The translations under genes were made by a program, and so were the position numbers. A stretch of 64,000 nucleotides of DNA from Bdellovibrionota bacterium (GTDB lineage Bacteria; Bdellovibrionota_C; UBA2361; CALJRW01): contig JBGSMD010000051.1 in NCBI GenBank assembly GCA_041740355.1, positions 64,001 through 128,000 on the forward strand. Direction: 5' to 3'. The notes below the pieces were generated by a model. That model had not been told where the DNA came from, ran no database searches, and saw nothing but the letters and a program-made list of their open reading frames with translations. This document shows positions 19,907-29,572 of this stretch, piece after piece; position 1 is the first letter of the stretch; the number at the start of each line of letters is the position of its first letter.

Positions 19907-20764
19907 ATGACACTTATTCGTTTTGCTGTTCAAAAATCTGGTCGCTTAAGAGATAACTCCCTTGATATAATCAAACGTTTAGGAGTTAAGATCCCACACA
20001 ATAAAGAAATGCTACGACTTGAGAGCTCTAACTTTCCCATCGAGTTTTTATTTTTAAGAGATGATGACATTCCTGGTTATGTAGAACAAGGAGTTGCTGA
20101 TGTTGGAATTGTTGGTGAAAACGTCCTAAAAGAGACAGGCGCAAAAGTAAAAATTGCTCGACGTTTAGACTTTTCTCATTGCCGACTTAGTATTGCAGTT
20201 GCTCATGCTAATCCAGCAAAATCCTTGAAAGATCTCGAAGGTAAGTCTATTGCTACAAGTTATCCAAACATTTTAAAAAAATATGCTAAGAAGCAGGATG
20301 TTAATTTAGATATTCGTTTTATTAGTGGTTCCGTAGAAGTTGCCCCGGGGATTAAATTAGCCGATGGGATTTTTGATATTGTCAGCACTGGAAGTACTTT
20401 AATTCAAAATGGTCTGAGAGAAATTGAAGTTGTGATGCAGTCTCAAGCTGTCTTAGCAGCAAGTCCAAATCTGTCTCCGGAAAAACAACAAATTCTAGAT
20501 AATTTATTGTTTCGCTTAGATGCGATATTAAAAGCTGGGGATTATAAGTATATAGTGATGAATGTACCAAAATCCGTCTTGCCTGATGTCCAAAAATTAC
20601 TACCTGGATTAAAACACCCAACAATTACACAACTCTATGACCCTGATTGGTATTCCATCTCTACCGTTGTTAAAGAAGCAGAATTTTGGACTAGCATCGA
20701 AAAATTAAAAATTGCCGGTGCTCAAGATATTCTAGTGATGCCAATTGAAAAATTAGTCATCTAA
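19907..20764 (+). CDS. hisG: ATP phosphoribosyltransferase, long form
   Basis: QKSGRL, RDDDIP, ATSYP, GSVEVAP, DIVSTGSTL, C-terminal regulatory domain. Confidence 0.95.
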   Translation: MTLIRFAVQKSGRLRDNSLDIIKRLGVKIPHNKEMLRLESSNFPIEFLFLRDDDIPGYVEQGVADVGIVGENVLKETGAKVKIARRLDFSHCRLSIAVAHANPAKSLKDLEGKSIATSYPNILKKYAKKQDVNLDIRFISGSVEVAPGIKLADGIFDIVSTGSTLIQNGLREIEVVMQSQAVLAASPNLSPEKQQILDNLLFRLDAILKAGDYKYIVMNVPKSVLPDVQKLLPGLKHPTITQLYDPDWYSISTVVKEAEFWTSIEKLKIAGAQDILVMPIEKLVI

Positions 20765-20859
20765 AAATTCCACCAGTGTAGATGGTACAAATTGTAGTTG
20801 CTCACTTGAAAGCTGCCATCTTGTTCCTAGAATTAGTTTTCTAAAATGCTTTTTGAAAT

Positions 20860-22164
20860 ATGTCTCGCAACCTAAACTTAATCTACAAAGAGGTATTCTT
20901 CTTTGCTCTAATGCTTGGCGCTGGCGAGTCCTACTTAGGGGCCTATGCCCTATTTCTTGGAGCCTCTCCCTTACTAGTTGGAATGGTTGGAGCGGCACCG
21001 GTAGTTTTTGCTTCAGCGGGACAATTTTTAGCATTCTATCTTAATCAAGTTTATAAAATTCGGACGATTCTTTTAAGTACAATAACTTTAGAAATTTTAA
21101 GTTTTGGCTGCTTAGCAACACCTCTTTTTTTCCCTAATTATGCCATCCCGACATTTGTAGCGAGCACAGCTTTCTATTTTATTATTAGGAACGTAACAGC
21201 CCCAACACAAAATCTGTTCTTCAAAAATACCATTCCACAGGATATTCGCGGAACCTTTTCTGGGAAACGACAAAAGGCTAGTTTTTTGGTAATTCTAATC
21301 TGCTTAGTTATTCTGGGAGGGATTTTAGAACTTGCAAAAAATTATCATCAGGAATTTTATGCCTACTTAGGTTTTTGCCTGATTGCGGCCTTAGCCAGAG
21401 TTAGAAGTTTTTTCCTTTTTCTTCAAATGGATATTCCCAATATCTCTTTAGAAAAACCAAGTAGTTTTAGCTTCTTAGATTTTACGCGTAAACTTTCTCA
21501 AAATAATTTTGGACGATTCGTTTTACTAACAACAATGATGGGCTTTGCTTCCAACTTTATTGGTGGCTACTTAGCGGTTTATTTCTTGAAAGAATTACAG
21601 GTTAGTTATTTAGTTTTTGCCCTACTAATTAGCATCTCTTGGTTGGCACAATACTTCTCCGTGACATTCTGGGGACAATTAACTGATAAAATTGGTTCTC
21701 GGGCAATTGTCATCGTTACCTCTTATGGACTAACAGCGATTCCCCTCTTTTGGCTATGCGGAACTAATTTAGCATGGATGTGCTTTGTACAAATTTTTTC
21801 GGGAATTGCTTGGTCGGGATACAACCTGGCAACATCGGACTATACTTTTGATGCTGTAGAAGGAAAAAATTACGTGAAATGCCAAGCCTATCAAGCGACG
21901 ATTAATTCAGTCGGTGTGATACTTGCCGTTGTTATTTCTGGACTTTTTCAGAACTATGCTTACGCGGGAGACCTAATTACAAATCCATTTGTGATTGTTT
22001 TTGCTGTTTCATTTCTGCTGAGAGTCTTAACAGTTTTTTTACTAACTTCCAGAATAAACGAAGTTAAGAAGTTTCCCGATGACCACAAGGTAAATATAAA
22101 TTTTAATTTTGCAGGTTTAAATGTTGTTGCCCGTGCCAACCTAAACTTTTTTCGGAAAGAATAA
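20860..22164 (+). CDS. MFS transporter
   Basis: About 12 TM segments, WGQLTDKIGSR motif. Confidence 0.8.
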   Translation: MSRNLNLIYKEVFFFALMLGAGESYLGAYALFLGASPLLVGMVGAAPVVFASAGQFLAFYLNQVYKIRTILLSTITLEILSFGCLATPLFFPNYAIPTFVASTAFYFIIRNVTAPTQNLFFKNTIPQDIRGTFSGKRQKASFLVILICLVILGGILELAKNYHQEFYAYLGFCLIAALARVRSFFLFLQMDIPNISLEKPSSFSFLDFTRKLSQNNFGRFVLLTTMMGFASNFIGGYLAVYFLKELQVSYLVFALLISISWLAQYFSVTFWGQLTDKIGSRAIVIVTSYGLTAIPLFWLCGTNLAWMCFVQIFSGIAWSGYNLATSDYTFDAVEGKNYVKCQAYQATINSVGVILAVVISGLFQNYAYAGDLITNPFVIVFAVSFLLRVLTVFLLTSRINEVKKFPDDHKVNINFNFAGLNVVARANLNFFRKE

Positions 22165-22168
22165 TCTC

Positions 22169-22228
22169 CCTCGAGAGCCTCGGGACACAGCCTCGAGAGC
22201 CTCGGGACAAAGCCTCGAGAGCCTCGGG
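22169..22228. repeat. GC-rich 22-nt tandem REP-like repeat (2.7 copies of CCTCGAGAGCCTCGGGACAMAG)
   Basis: Units at 22169, 22191 and 22213, each an imperfect palindrome (CGAG-AGC-CTCG), between convergent genes. Confidence 0.85.
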
Positions 22229-22247
22229 GGATTGCTAGAATATTAAA

Positions 22248-23276
22248 CTATTGAAAATCCTTGGCGTAATTCAAAACCTCGGCAATCTCTTTAATTTGAA
22301 TACGAATTTTTCTTTTTTGTTTTGCTCTTGTTGACCTTAAAAGTTTTGATTTCAATTTACTCTTCTGTTTTTTTAGCTTAAGTAATTCTTTGGTATCCCA
22401 AGATTCCAATCCACAGGCAGTTAAAGAACTTAAACATTCATAGCGCTGACAGCCATTAGGAATACGAATAATTCTAAATTCAGCTAATGATGTAACTGCT
22501 ACCAGTACATCTTCGCCAAAGCTACAACCAGATTTAGAGGCACGGGATGTTGTACAACGTCCATTACTAGGACCATTATCACTTAATGTCTCCCCATCAA
22601 CTACTAAAGATGTTGTTGGATTTGTAAGAATTACTAACTTGCCATTACTTTCAGAAACTGGCTTCCATAAAAAATGTGTCAAATCGCTATAAGGGCTTGT
22701 TGTACAGACTCCCGGATCTTCCTCTTCTTCCTCTGGAATTAGTTCTTCTTCAATCGGATCATCCGCTCCAAGATCTGCGCCACAAATATCAAAGAGTGTC
22801 TCAATCGATTCAATAAATTCTGTAGTTAATTTGCTCGACACAATCCTTTTAATTTCCTGTGTCTCGGGACCAGAACTGAAATTAATGATTGCCTTGGCTG
22901 TTAAAGCCAAACTTACTAAATCACGAACCTTTGTTGGTCTAATCTGAGGGCAAGCTTGTTTCTTATAACCTTCGGCTATGTTTTCCGGAAGATTGCCATA
23001 ACAAAAACCAGCAATGGCCATCACGGGATTTAAACTTTCACTTGTGACGTTAGCTAGCTTGGCACTTAAGGTATTGTAAGAGACCAATAGACCTTCAATT
23101 TGAGTACGATTTTCTCTTTGATGAAGCGCTACTTGAATTGCTTCTCGATTATCAGCGATATAAAGCACATCATCGAAATTTGTCGCTGGAATATCATCGC
23201 AAAAATTATTAATATCAGCTGCAAAAGCCTGAATTGAAGTAAGGGAAATAAGAAGTAAACCTGTTAAGAATCGCAT
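22248..23276 (-). CDS. Secreted Cys-rich hypothetical protein with acidic linker and basic C-terminal tail
   Basis: Signal peptide (..QAFA), about 9 Cys, EEELIPEEEEED linker, FLWKPVSESNGKLVIL motif, Lys/Arg-rich tail. Confidence 0.7.
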   Translation of the reverse strand: MRFLTGLLLISLTSIQAFAADINNFCDDIPATNFDDVLYIADNREAIQVALHQRENRTQIEGLLVSYNTLSAKLANVTSESLNPVMAIAGFCYGNLPENIAEGYKKQACPQIRPTKVRDLVSLALTAKAIINFSSGPETQEIKRIVSSKLTTEFIESIETLFDICGADLGADDPIEEELIPEEEEEDPGVCTTSPYSDLTHFLWKPVSESNGKLVILTNPTTSLVVDGETLSDNGPSNGRCTTSRASKSGCSFGEDVLVAVTSLAEFRIIRIPNGCQRYECLSSLTACGLESWDTKELLKLKKQKSKLKSKLLRSTRAKQKRKIRIQIKEIAEVLNYAKDFQ

Positions 23277-23361
23277 AGTGGAATTAGTAGTAAAATAACC
23301 TTACATGCTAATCCACCTAAGTCGGCTGTTTGCTTCTTATTATCTGAGAATCAGAAAAGCA

Positions 23362-23985
23362 CTAAGTGTCTGATTTTACAATTAATTCCCCAGAGGAATT
23401 AAAATACTTTTGAAAGTTTGTAACTCCTTCTAGTAAATACTGTCCTTCCTTAGTTCCTACTATCCAAGCAGGTGATTTTTTAACTGAAAACTCAGAGGGT
23501 ATTTCTGCAGAGAAGAAGATAGCACCTCCCCGTCCATCAATCATCGCACTTACTTTGTTCATTTCCTTAGAACTAAAATCTTTACCAACGGCATAGACCG
23601 GTCCAAGATCATAATCATGCTCCACTGCAAATTGTAAGAAGTTTCCAATTTCAGTAAAAAAGTGCGCTTGATCATGGGCATTAATAATAATTCCCAACCA
23701 ACTTACTTTATGTTTTCCACTTGGCGGCTTGAGTTCTGTTGTATTTAGAATCGAACCTGATTTTACGACTTCTGCCGGAGAATTCTTTATTACCTCCTGC
23801 TGTTCAATAATATTACTTTTCTGATTTGTTGGGGCTACTACTTCACCATCAATCTTTTCACCCTTTCGAGGTTTAAAGACGTTCATGTCATATTCATTGC
23901 CAAAGAATCCAGTTTCCTCTGCAAGTAAATTTGCAGAAGAAAATAGTGCCAATAATAAAATGAGCTTAATAGAAAATTGTTTCAT
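23362..23985 (-). CDS. trbC: TrbC-like (F-type conjugative pilus assembly, thioredoxin-like) periplasmic protein; likely start 23985
   Basis: Signal peptide MKQFSIKLILLLALFSSANLLA; C-terminus PSEFSVKKSPAWIV....YLLEG resembles TrbC P.LF..YGI..VPAFVV....D.I.G; directly downstream of traU-like gene as in F. Confidence 0.5.
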   Translation of the reverse strand: MKQFSIKLILLLALFSSANLLAEETGFFGNEYDMNVFKPRKGEKIDGEVVAPTNQKSNIIEQQEVIKNSPAEVVKSGSILNTTELKPPSGKHKVSWLGIIINAHDQAHFFTEIGNFLQFAVEHDYDLGPVYAVGKDFSSKEMNKVSAMIDGRGGAIFFSAEIPSEFSVKKSPAWIVGTKEGQYLLEGVTNFQKYFNSSGELIVKSDT

Positions 23986-25543
23986 TCTCAATTGGTAAAT
24001 AACAAACTGGACAAGCTTGAACAAAGCGATAATGTGCTGAAACAAAACGCTCGCCATCAGCATTTACATTAGCATCCTTATACCTTTCTCCCATAATCCT
24101 TGGTAAATAGTATTGGCCATCTGTAATACAACTTTGGTTGCCATTTCGAGCAACATTGCGACTACGATTAAATGGTTGCCCACGATGAAGATCTAAGAAT
24201 TGTAGTCGGTCACGCTTATGCTCACCTTCATCTTCAAATTGTACATCATGGAATTTCCCAATTTCTTGACTCTGATTCGGATTTAACATACCAAGATTTT
24301 CTCCCATAAGATAGGCTAATTTAATGGCAACATAGTCTCTCTTAGTAGCAGCTTGAGTGGCATAAAGTGTTTCTTTATCAAAGTTAATTGGGACTGAAAA
24401 TAATCGTCCATAAAATGAAATATTTCCAGGAGCACACTTGTAGGCTCCACTAAATTTACTGTTATCATTACTCGGATCAATCAAAGTATGCAGGCTCGGT
24501 TTATTGGCTCCTTCATTTTTAAAAATAGTATCTAAGCTTCCCAGATCTTGTTTTTGCTGTCGACAATTATCCATTTTATTTTCGGCCTGCAATAGCTTTT
24601 GAAGTATGGTATTACCATAGGCTTGCTCGGCAAAACGCATTGTCATCAAGGCTTCTGGAAACTCACTAAACCAAATTGGCACCGGATTTTTAATCGGAAC
24701 CCAAGAATTCACTGCTCCCTGATGAGTCCAAATATCTTCGAAATAGTCTTCTCTATTTCTTTGATTAACATCAAAGCCTGTTGGATAGACGTGCATTTCC
24801 ATAAAACGTCCATTCTTGGAAATCGCATGACGAAGAGTAGCATCATCCATGGAAACTTTTTTACCATCTATCTCAATCTCTAATGTTTTAAATTCCTTAA
24901 TCGAATCAATCACCCCTTGATCCTTCGATATTTGCTCTTGTAAGATATTTTTAATTTCATTGATATCTTGTTGCTCAAGATGTTTAGAGCCATCGGCAAA
25001 TTTATTTTTTACTGCAGCCAATCGATCGATCTCACCTTTCGCAGGTTCAGTCGATCCACCCTGTGCTTGAACTAACATTCCTAAATGCAAAAACTGTTCT
25101 GCTTTTGCTTTTAAATTCCTCGCAATGTCTGCTGTCATAAACTCCGTATCATAGGGAGTTTGTGTTGTTTCAGTTAATTGAAAGGGAACATAATAACTAT
25201 GAAGTGGTATAGTATCTTCTAATTCGCCAGCATAGGAATTTTCAGAATAATCACGACAGAGATAAAATGAATACTCTCCAATTCCAACTTGTAAATTTCT
25301 AGCCAGTTTACATCCAGAACCTTGTACTCGCTTTCGTCCTAAACAACTATTAGGATTATCAGTATAATGATCCAACATACGATCCGCAGCTTTTGTAAAA
25401 GAATCCTCTACATCAGAATTACTAATCTCACTAATTAATCGATCCGTTGGGCTAAGTGGTGTTCCCACCTTGATCTTCAGATCTTCGGCCTGGAGTAATA
25501 AAGGAACTAATAGAATTAAACCTAAAATTTTAAAAACCTTCAT
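23966..25543 (-). CDS. traU: TraU-like periplasmic protein (F-type T4SS)
   Basis: Signal peptide; TraU-like blocks in order: SYYVPFQLTETTQTPY, RFMEMHVYP, IWFSEFP, KCAPG...YG, RLQFL, terminal HYRFVQACPVC. Confidence 0.55.
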   Translation of the reverse strand: MKVFKILGLILLVPLLLQAEDLKIKVGTPLSPTDRLISEISNSDVEDSFTKAADRMLDHYTDNPNSCLGRKRVQGSGCKLARNLQVGIGEYSFYLCRDYSENSYAGELEDTIPLHSYYVPFQLTETTQTPYDTEFMTADIARNLKAKAEQFLHLGMLVQAQGGSTEPAKGEIDRLAAVKNKFADGSKHLEQQDINEIKNILQEQISKDQGVIDSIKEFKTLEIEIDGKKVSMDDATLRHAISKNGRFMEMHVYPTGFDVNQRNREDYFEDIWTHQGAVNSWVPIKNPVPIWFSEFPEALMTMRFAEQAYGNTILQKLLQAENKMDNCRQQKQDLGSLDTIFKNEGANKPSLHTLIDPSNDNSKFSGAYKCAPGNISFYGRLFSVPINFDKETLYATQAATKRDYVAIKLAYLMGENLGMLNPNQSQEIGKFHDVQFEDEGEHKRDRLQFLDLHRGQPFNRSRNVARNGNQSCITDGQYYLPRIMGERYKDANVNADGERFVSAHYRFVQACPVCYLPIENETIFY

Positions 25544-27665
25544 CTTGTTTATCCTTTAAGACATCTGTGATCTTTCGATCATCAGATAAAATATCTAGAA
25601 TTTCATTTAGTTTTTCAGGGACTACTAAGTTCTGATTACTACTCGCACTAAATGACTGGATTAGCTTTTTAATTCGCTGTTCTTTGATTTTGGGAGTCGC
25701 CCCATCATTAATATGTTCGTAGGCCTCACGGAGAGCAGTTTTTTCATCTTGGGGGCCAAAATTTTCGGGAACCCGTAATTTAAATTCACCTTTAATCAAT
25801 TTCCATCTTTCATAAGCTGACTGATTATTCTTAAATAGTGGTGTAATAATTTTTACTAATTCTTGATTAAAAAACTTGTTAGTGCTTGGATACAATTCAA
25901 TCACACCAGTTCCGCGTAGGCCTTTTAATACTTCAGCTAATGTAATTGATTTTGCTAGTACAGCATCTACTAATAGCTGACGTAGATGACGATCGGTTTT
26001 AAATAATTTTAAATCAATTTCAAAATATCCTTTGAAAGCTAGATTAACCTGCGGTTGTAACTCTGCTACTAGCTCTTGAAACAGCTTAACTTTTACTGGC
26101 TCCTCTGTAGTTAATACCACCCGGCGCTGAAGATCAAAACTTTCTTGAGTTAGAATATTATATTTTATACTACCTAGAAGCTGATCTGTTTCCGGTGTTG
26201 GAGCAAATTCTAAATAAAGTTTAAAGGTTGGCTTTGGATTATGCTTTTCCACAAAGGCTACAGCAGCTTCAATCATGCCGGGCAATCTGGAAAACTGTTC
26301 TTCCGGCAAATCAACAGGAAAAAGAAATTTACCAATACCTTTAACATTCGATAATGAGTAAATCAGTAGTCGATCGGCTTCAATTTTCTTTAGCACATCA
26401 ACATATGTTGCTTCAACATCCTCACCTAAACTCTCCAGCTTGAGAGCAAAAGCAGCCTCAACAGTCGTGCCAGGAGCAAAAACTTTCTGTTCAGCAAAAC
26501 TATGTGAAACTTCGGCCATGGAACTAGAGAATCTTAAAAGGCGATCACCATTAATCTCTAGCGGTACATCCAAATAAGTTTGATAGGCTGGTGCTATAAA
26601 TTTACCTTCAGCTATTAGTGTTTTTTGATCTTCCAGGTTTTTATGATGAGTCTTCAGCATATCTTTTAAATCAAATTGATGACTAAAGGCTCCAGTGGAA
26701 GATTGATCTAATTGCATACCGCTAGCTGCTAGCTTATCTAAATCGATTAGCGTTCCCAATTCGCTTTGATAAAGTGCGATGGTCTCCAAATCTAACAGAA
26801 CAAGTCCATCAACTTTAAGTCCGGAAATAAACTTTGCTAGTTGCTCAGATAGCTTTAGATCGATAATTATTTGATATAAATTATCTGGTAAAGCTCGCAA
26901 AGAGCTTAGCATAATTGCTAAATTTCCATCAGCAGTAATGACTGCCGGTTTAAAATCTCTAGCATGTCTTTTAAAAAAAGTATTTAATTTCTGACTATCC
27001 TGTAGGCTAAGGTGGTAACCTGAAAAATTTAGATCGATCTTTAAAGTATCATCACTAATTAAGCTAATAAAATTTGGGGCCAATGCTAAAAGTTTAAGAT
27101 CGTTCGTTAGCTTTTCTCGAAGACCTGGAACCTTAAAATAAACTTGTCCTGCACCAGCGAATTCACTCCAAAAAAAATCTGGTAAATTTATGGTAGCAAA
27201 CTTATCAAATAAAATTTGGGCGAACTTTGGATAATATGTTTCAATCTCGTCAGCATTAAAACTTACATACCCATGACCTTGTAATCCTAGTATTGCTTCC
27301 CGTAATGAATGAATTTGAATTAATCGATTTAATATTGGTTCTGTCAGTGGCTGAAGTGCCACTACTGGGACAGCAACTTTGCGTGTTAAGGGATTAAAAT
27401 CTTTAAAAATGAATGTATCTTTAGTGGACACCTTGATTTTTTCTTTCTCTGAAGAATCTTCTTCTTTCACAGCTTGTTCAAGAGGAGCAATAGGGTCAGG
27501 TATAACCATACTTTTTGTTGTTGCCTCAGGTGCAACATCTTGCTCGCTGGTTGGGGAACTAGTGACACTTGTAGTGTTAACTTTGGAATTAGTTCCGGAC
27601 ATTACCCAGTAAACATACCCAATAATAATTACAGCTAAGAGACCTAATTTCTTTAATGATTTCAT
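25530..27665 (-). CDS. Large membrane-anchored hypothetical protein
   Basis: 711 aa, N-terminal TM followed by Thr/Ser/Pro linker; overlaps start of traU-like gene. Confidence 0.7.
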   Translation of the reverse strand: MKSLKKLGLLAVIIIGYVYWVMSGTNSKVNTTSVTSSPTSEQDVAPEATTKSMVIPDPIAPLEQAVKEEDSSEKEKIKVSTKDTFIFKDFNPLTRKVAVPVVALQPLTEPILNRLIQIHSLREAILGLQGHGYVSFNADEIETYYPKFAQILFDKFATINLPDFFWSEFAGAGQVYFKVPGLREKLTNDLKLLALAPNFISLISDDTLKIDLNFSGYHLSLQDSQKLNTFFKRHARDFKPAVITADGNLAIMLSSLRALPDNLYQIIIDLKLSEQLAKFISGLKVDGLVLLDLETIALYQSELGTLIDLDKLAASGMQLDQSSTGAFSHQFDLKDMLKTHHKNLEDQKTLIAEGKFIAPAYQTYLDVPLEINGDRLLRFSSSMAEVSHSFAEQKVFAPGTTVEAAFALKLESLGEDVEATYVDVLKKIEADRLLIYSLSNVKGIGKFLFPVDLPEEQFSRLPGMIEAAVAFVEKHNPKPTFKLYLEFAPTPETDQLLGSIKYNILTQESFDLQRRVVLTTEEPVKVKLFQELVAELQPQVNLAFKGYFEIDLKLFKTDRHLRQLLVDAVLAKSITLAEVLKGLRGTGVIELYPSTNKFFNQELVKIITPLFKNNQSAYERWKLIKGEFKLRVPENFGPQDEKTALREAYEHINDGATPKIKEQRIKKLIQSFSASSNQNLVVPEKLNEILDILSDDRKITDVLKDKQDEGF

Positions 27666-27827
27666 AGATTCAACTTAACTTAGATCCACGAGTTAAAACA
27701 GTTATAAGTTTTTATTTCAACATCAATTAAAACACTGGTTTTAATATTAAACTAACAATCCTCGATCCTGCTAACTTTCTCCTACAAATAATTTAAAGTT
27801 TAATTCCCCTATTAAACTAAATAGCGA

Positions 27828-27876
27828 TAACCCAAGAATGAATTCTGAAGTAAATCTTCGAAACATTCTTGGGTTA
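27828..27876 (-). terminator. Long hairpin/probable terminator after transglycosylase gene
   Basis: 13-bp perfect arms TAACCCAAGAATG/CATTCTTGGGTTA, 16 nt past the stop codon. Confidence 0.6.
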
Positions 27877-27892
27877 ATCATCTTTTATTCTT

Positions 27893-29311
27893 TTAGCCTC
27901 CAACTGGTGTCCATCCTCTCTGTAATGGGCCCCAATACCTAGAAGCTCCCAGTGCATTTCCACTAGCACTTGTACCAGCAATCACACCATCTTGCTTAAC
28001 TAAGCTTGAGGTAATTGAAATTGCCGCATTGGCATTGGTGTATGGATTAGAAAGCTGATCATGTGAAAAACCAGTGCTCTGTAATCCATAGTTAGTGGCA
28101 TCGGCTGTCGACAACTGAAACAAGCCTCGAGATCCCGATCCAAACTGACCTACATCTCCAACTGTGCCAGTATTGTACGAGGATTCTTTTCCAGCCAACT
28201 CTGTAAAGTATCTCGCCCAAGATTCTGAACTACCATCGATACCATATTTGGCTCCATCAGCAGGTACATATCCATTTAAATCAGAATTCTTCACTTGATT
28301 ATTCATGTAAGCAAACAAATCATCTTTGCTGACAGACCCAGAAGTAGAAACTGGCATCGATCCATCACCACCAAGATACTGGCTATAATCGGCATTCCCA
28401 ATATTTGTTCCTAATGGATTGGAGTTTGTTCCTAAAGGATTATTTCCAACAGCAGTCCATGGGTTTTGTTGATCCTGTGGAACACCACCTTGTGTTGGCA
28501 TCATCTGGTTCTGCTGATTCATGGCATTTAATGTGTTCAATACTTGCCCAGCCATAATCAGACTAGTGTTACCAGTTAGTGTGCCAACTGTAGTTAAGAT
28601 TGTTCCCAACCAACTTCCATTTTGGTTATTATTTGATCCAAAAATTCCGAAAATTCCATTACCATTACCACCTCCAATTAAGCCTGGAATACCTCCACCT
28701 GTGTTTCCGGATCCAACGTTATAACCACCGAACATTGAACCTCCGATATTACCAATGTTGCCCATGTTCCCAAAATTACCCATTCCAGGGATTGATTGAT
28801 TATATGCAGCTGGGGCTAGAAAAGTAGCAATACAATGACGGTAGTCATAGTAACAGCTTTGATCGGGATAATAATTTTGAGAATTATTTGTTAAGTAAGA
28901 CTGGACACCTGTAGAATTTAAATTCTGAAACATTGAACCAATGTTACCGGCACTACCTTGTAAATAACCAGTAAGTACGCCTAATAAAATTCCTAAGAAG
29001 GGATTATCTTGAGTGACATCACTAAGACTCACATTAGAAACTGTACGCGTCAGTCCGGCGGCAGCACCGATATTACCATCAAGATCATCTATCCTCTCGG
29101 CTTGCAGGATATCTTCGGGAGTTAAATCTAAACGATCAACATCTGTCCCTTGTTGTTGCAATGCTCGCTGACAAATCTGCTGTCCTAATGGATGGTTTGC
29201 GCAGGGATTTCCATTTTGAGCGAAGACAACTGCGGCAGGTTGTAGAAAAGTTGTTAAGAGACAAACAACAACTGTGATACTACGCGGAGATAAGATTAAT
29301 TTTCTTTTCAT
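27893..29311 (-). CDS. Secreted Gly/Asn-rich protein with C-terminal lytic transglycosylase (SLT/lysozyme-like) domain
   Basis: Catalytic ESSYN, SRGLFQLS, NPYTN, ASRYWG; signal peptide; long low-complexity G/N/Q region. Confidence 0.8.
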   Translation of the reverse strand: MKRKLILSPRSITVVVCLLTTFLQPAAVVFAQNGNPCANHPLGQQICQRALQQQGTDVDRLDLTPEDILQAERIDDLDGNIGAAAGLTRTVSNVSLSDVTQDNPFLGILLGVLTGYLQGSAGNIGSMFQNLNSTGVQSYLTNNSQNYYPDQSCYYDYRHCIATFLAPAAYNQSIPGMGNFGNMGNIGNIGGSMFGGYNVGSGNTGGGIPGLIGGGNGNGIFGIFGSNNNQNGSWLGTILTTVGTLTGNTSLIMAGQVLNTLNAMNQQNQMMPTQGGVPQDQQNPWTAVGNNPLGTNSNPLGTNIGNADYSQYLGGDGSMPVSTSGSVSKDDLFAYMNNQVKNSDLNGYVPADGAKYGIDGSSESWARYFTELAGKESSYNTGTVGDVGQFGSGSRGLFQLSTADATNYGLQSTGFSHDQLSNPYTNANAAISITSSLVKQDGVIAGTSASGNALGASRYWGPLQRGWTPVGG

Positions 29312-29396
29312 ATTAAAACCCTAACTTAAGTAAGTATAAAATAAATCACGTTAAAAATTAACGTTTTGTTTTAACTCACTCTTAATGTTGTTCTAG

Positions 29397-29506
29397 TTAT
29401 GCAAATTAGAAAAATCATCCCTACCAATTTCGGTAGGTTAAGAACCTAGTTTGCATAAGCCATTATGACAATGTTCAATTTGCTTTAGTAAATTAATTAT
29501 TGTCAT
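29397..29506. promoter_or_regulatory. Two long hairpins in the traW-like/transglycosylase intergenic region
   Basis: TTATGCAAATTAG..CCTACC/GGTAGG..CTAGTTTGCATAA (29397-29458) and ATGACAAT..ATTGTCAT (29465-29506). Confidence 0.5.
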
Positions 29507-29572
29507 TTCAATAAAACCCTTCATTAAATGTTATGGTTAGATTATCTAACTTGATACACTCGCAGTGGGTTT

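Noticed and set aside
22169-22228. 22-nt repeats as a mini-CRISPR or att site
   Set aside because: No spacers, and no matching copy at the other end of the tra-like block.
22248-23276. Calling this gene traN
   Set aside because: Position and Cys content fit, but it is far shorter than TraN and I see no TraN-like CC motifs.
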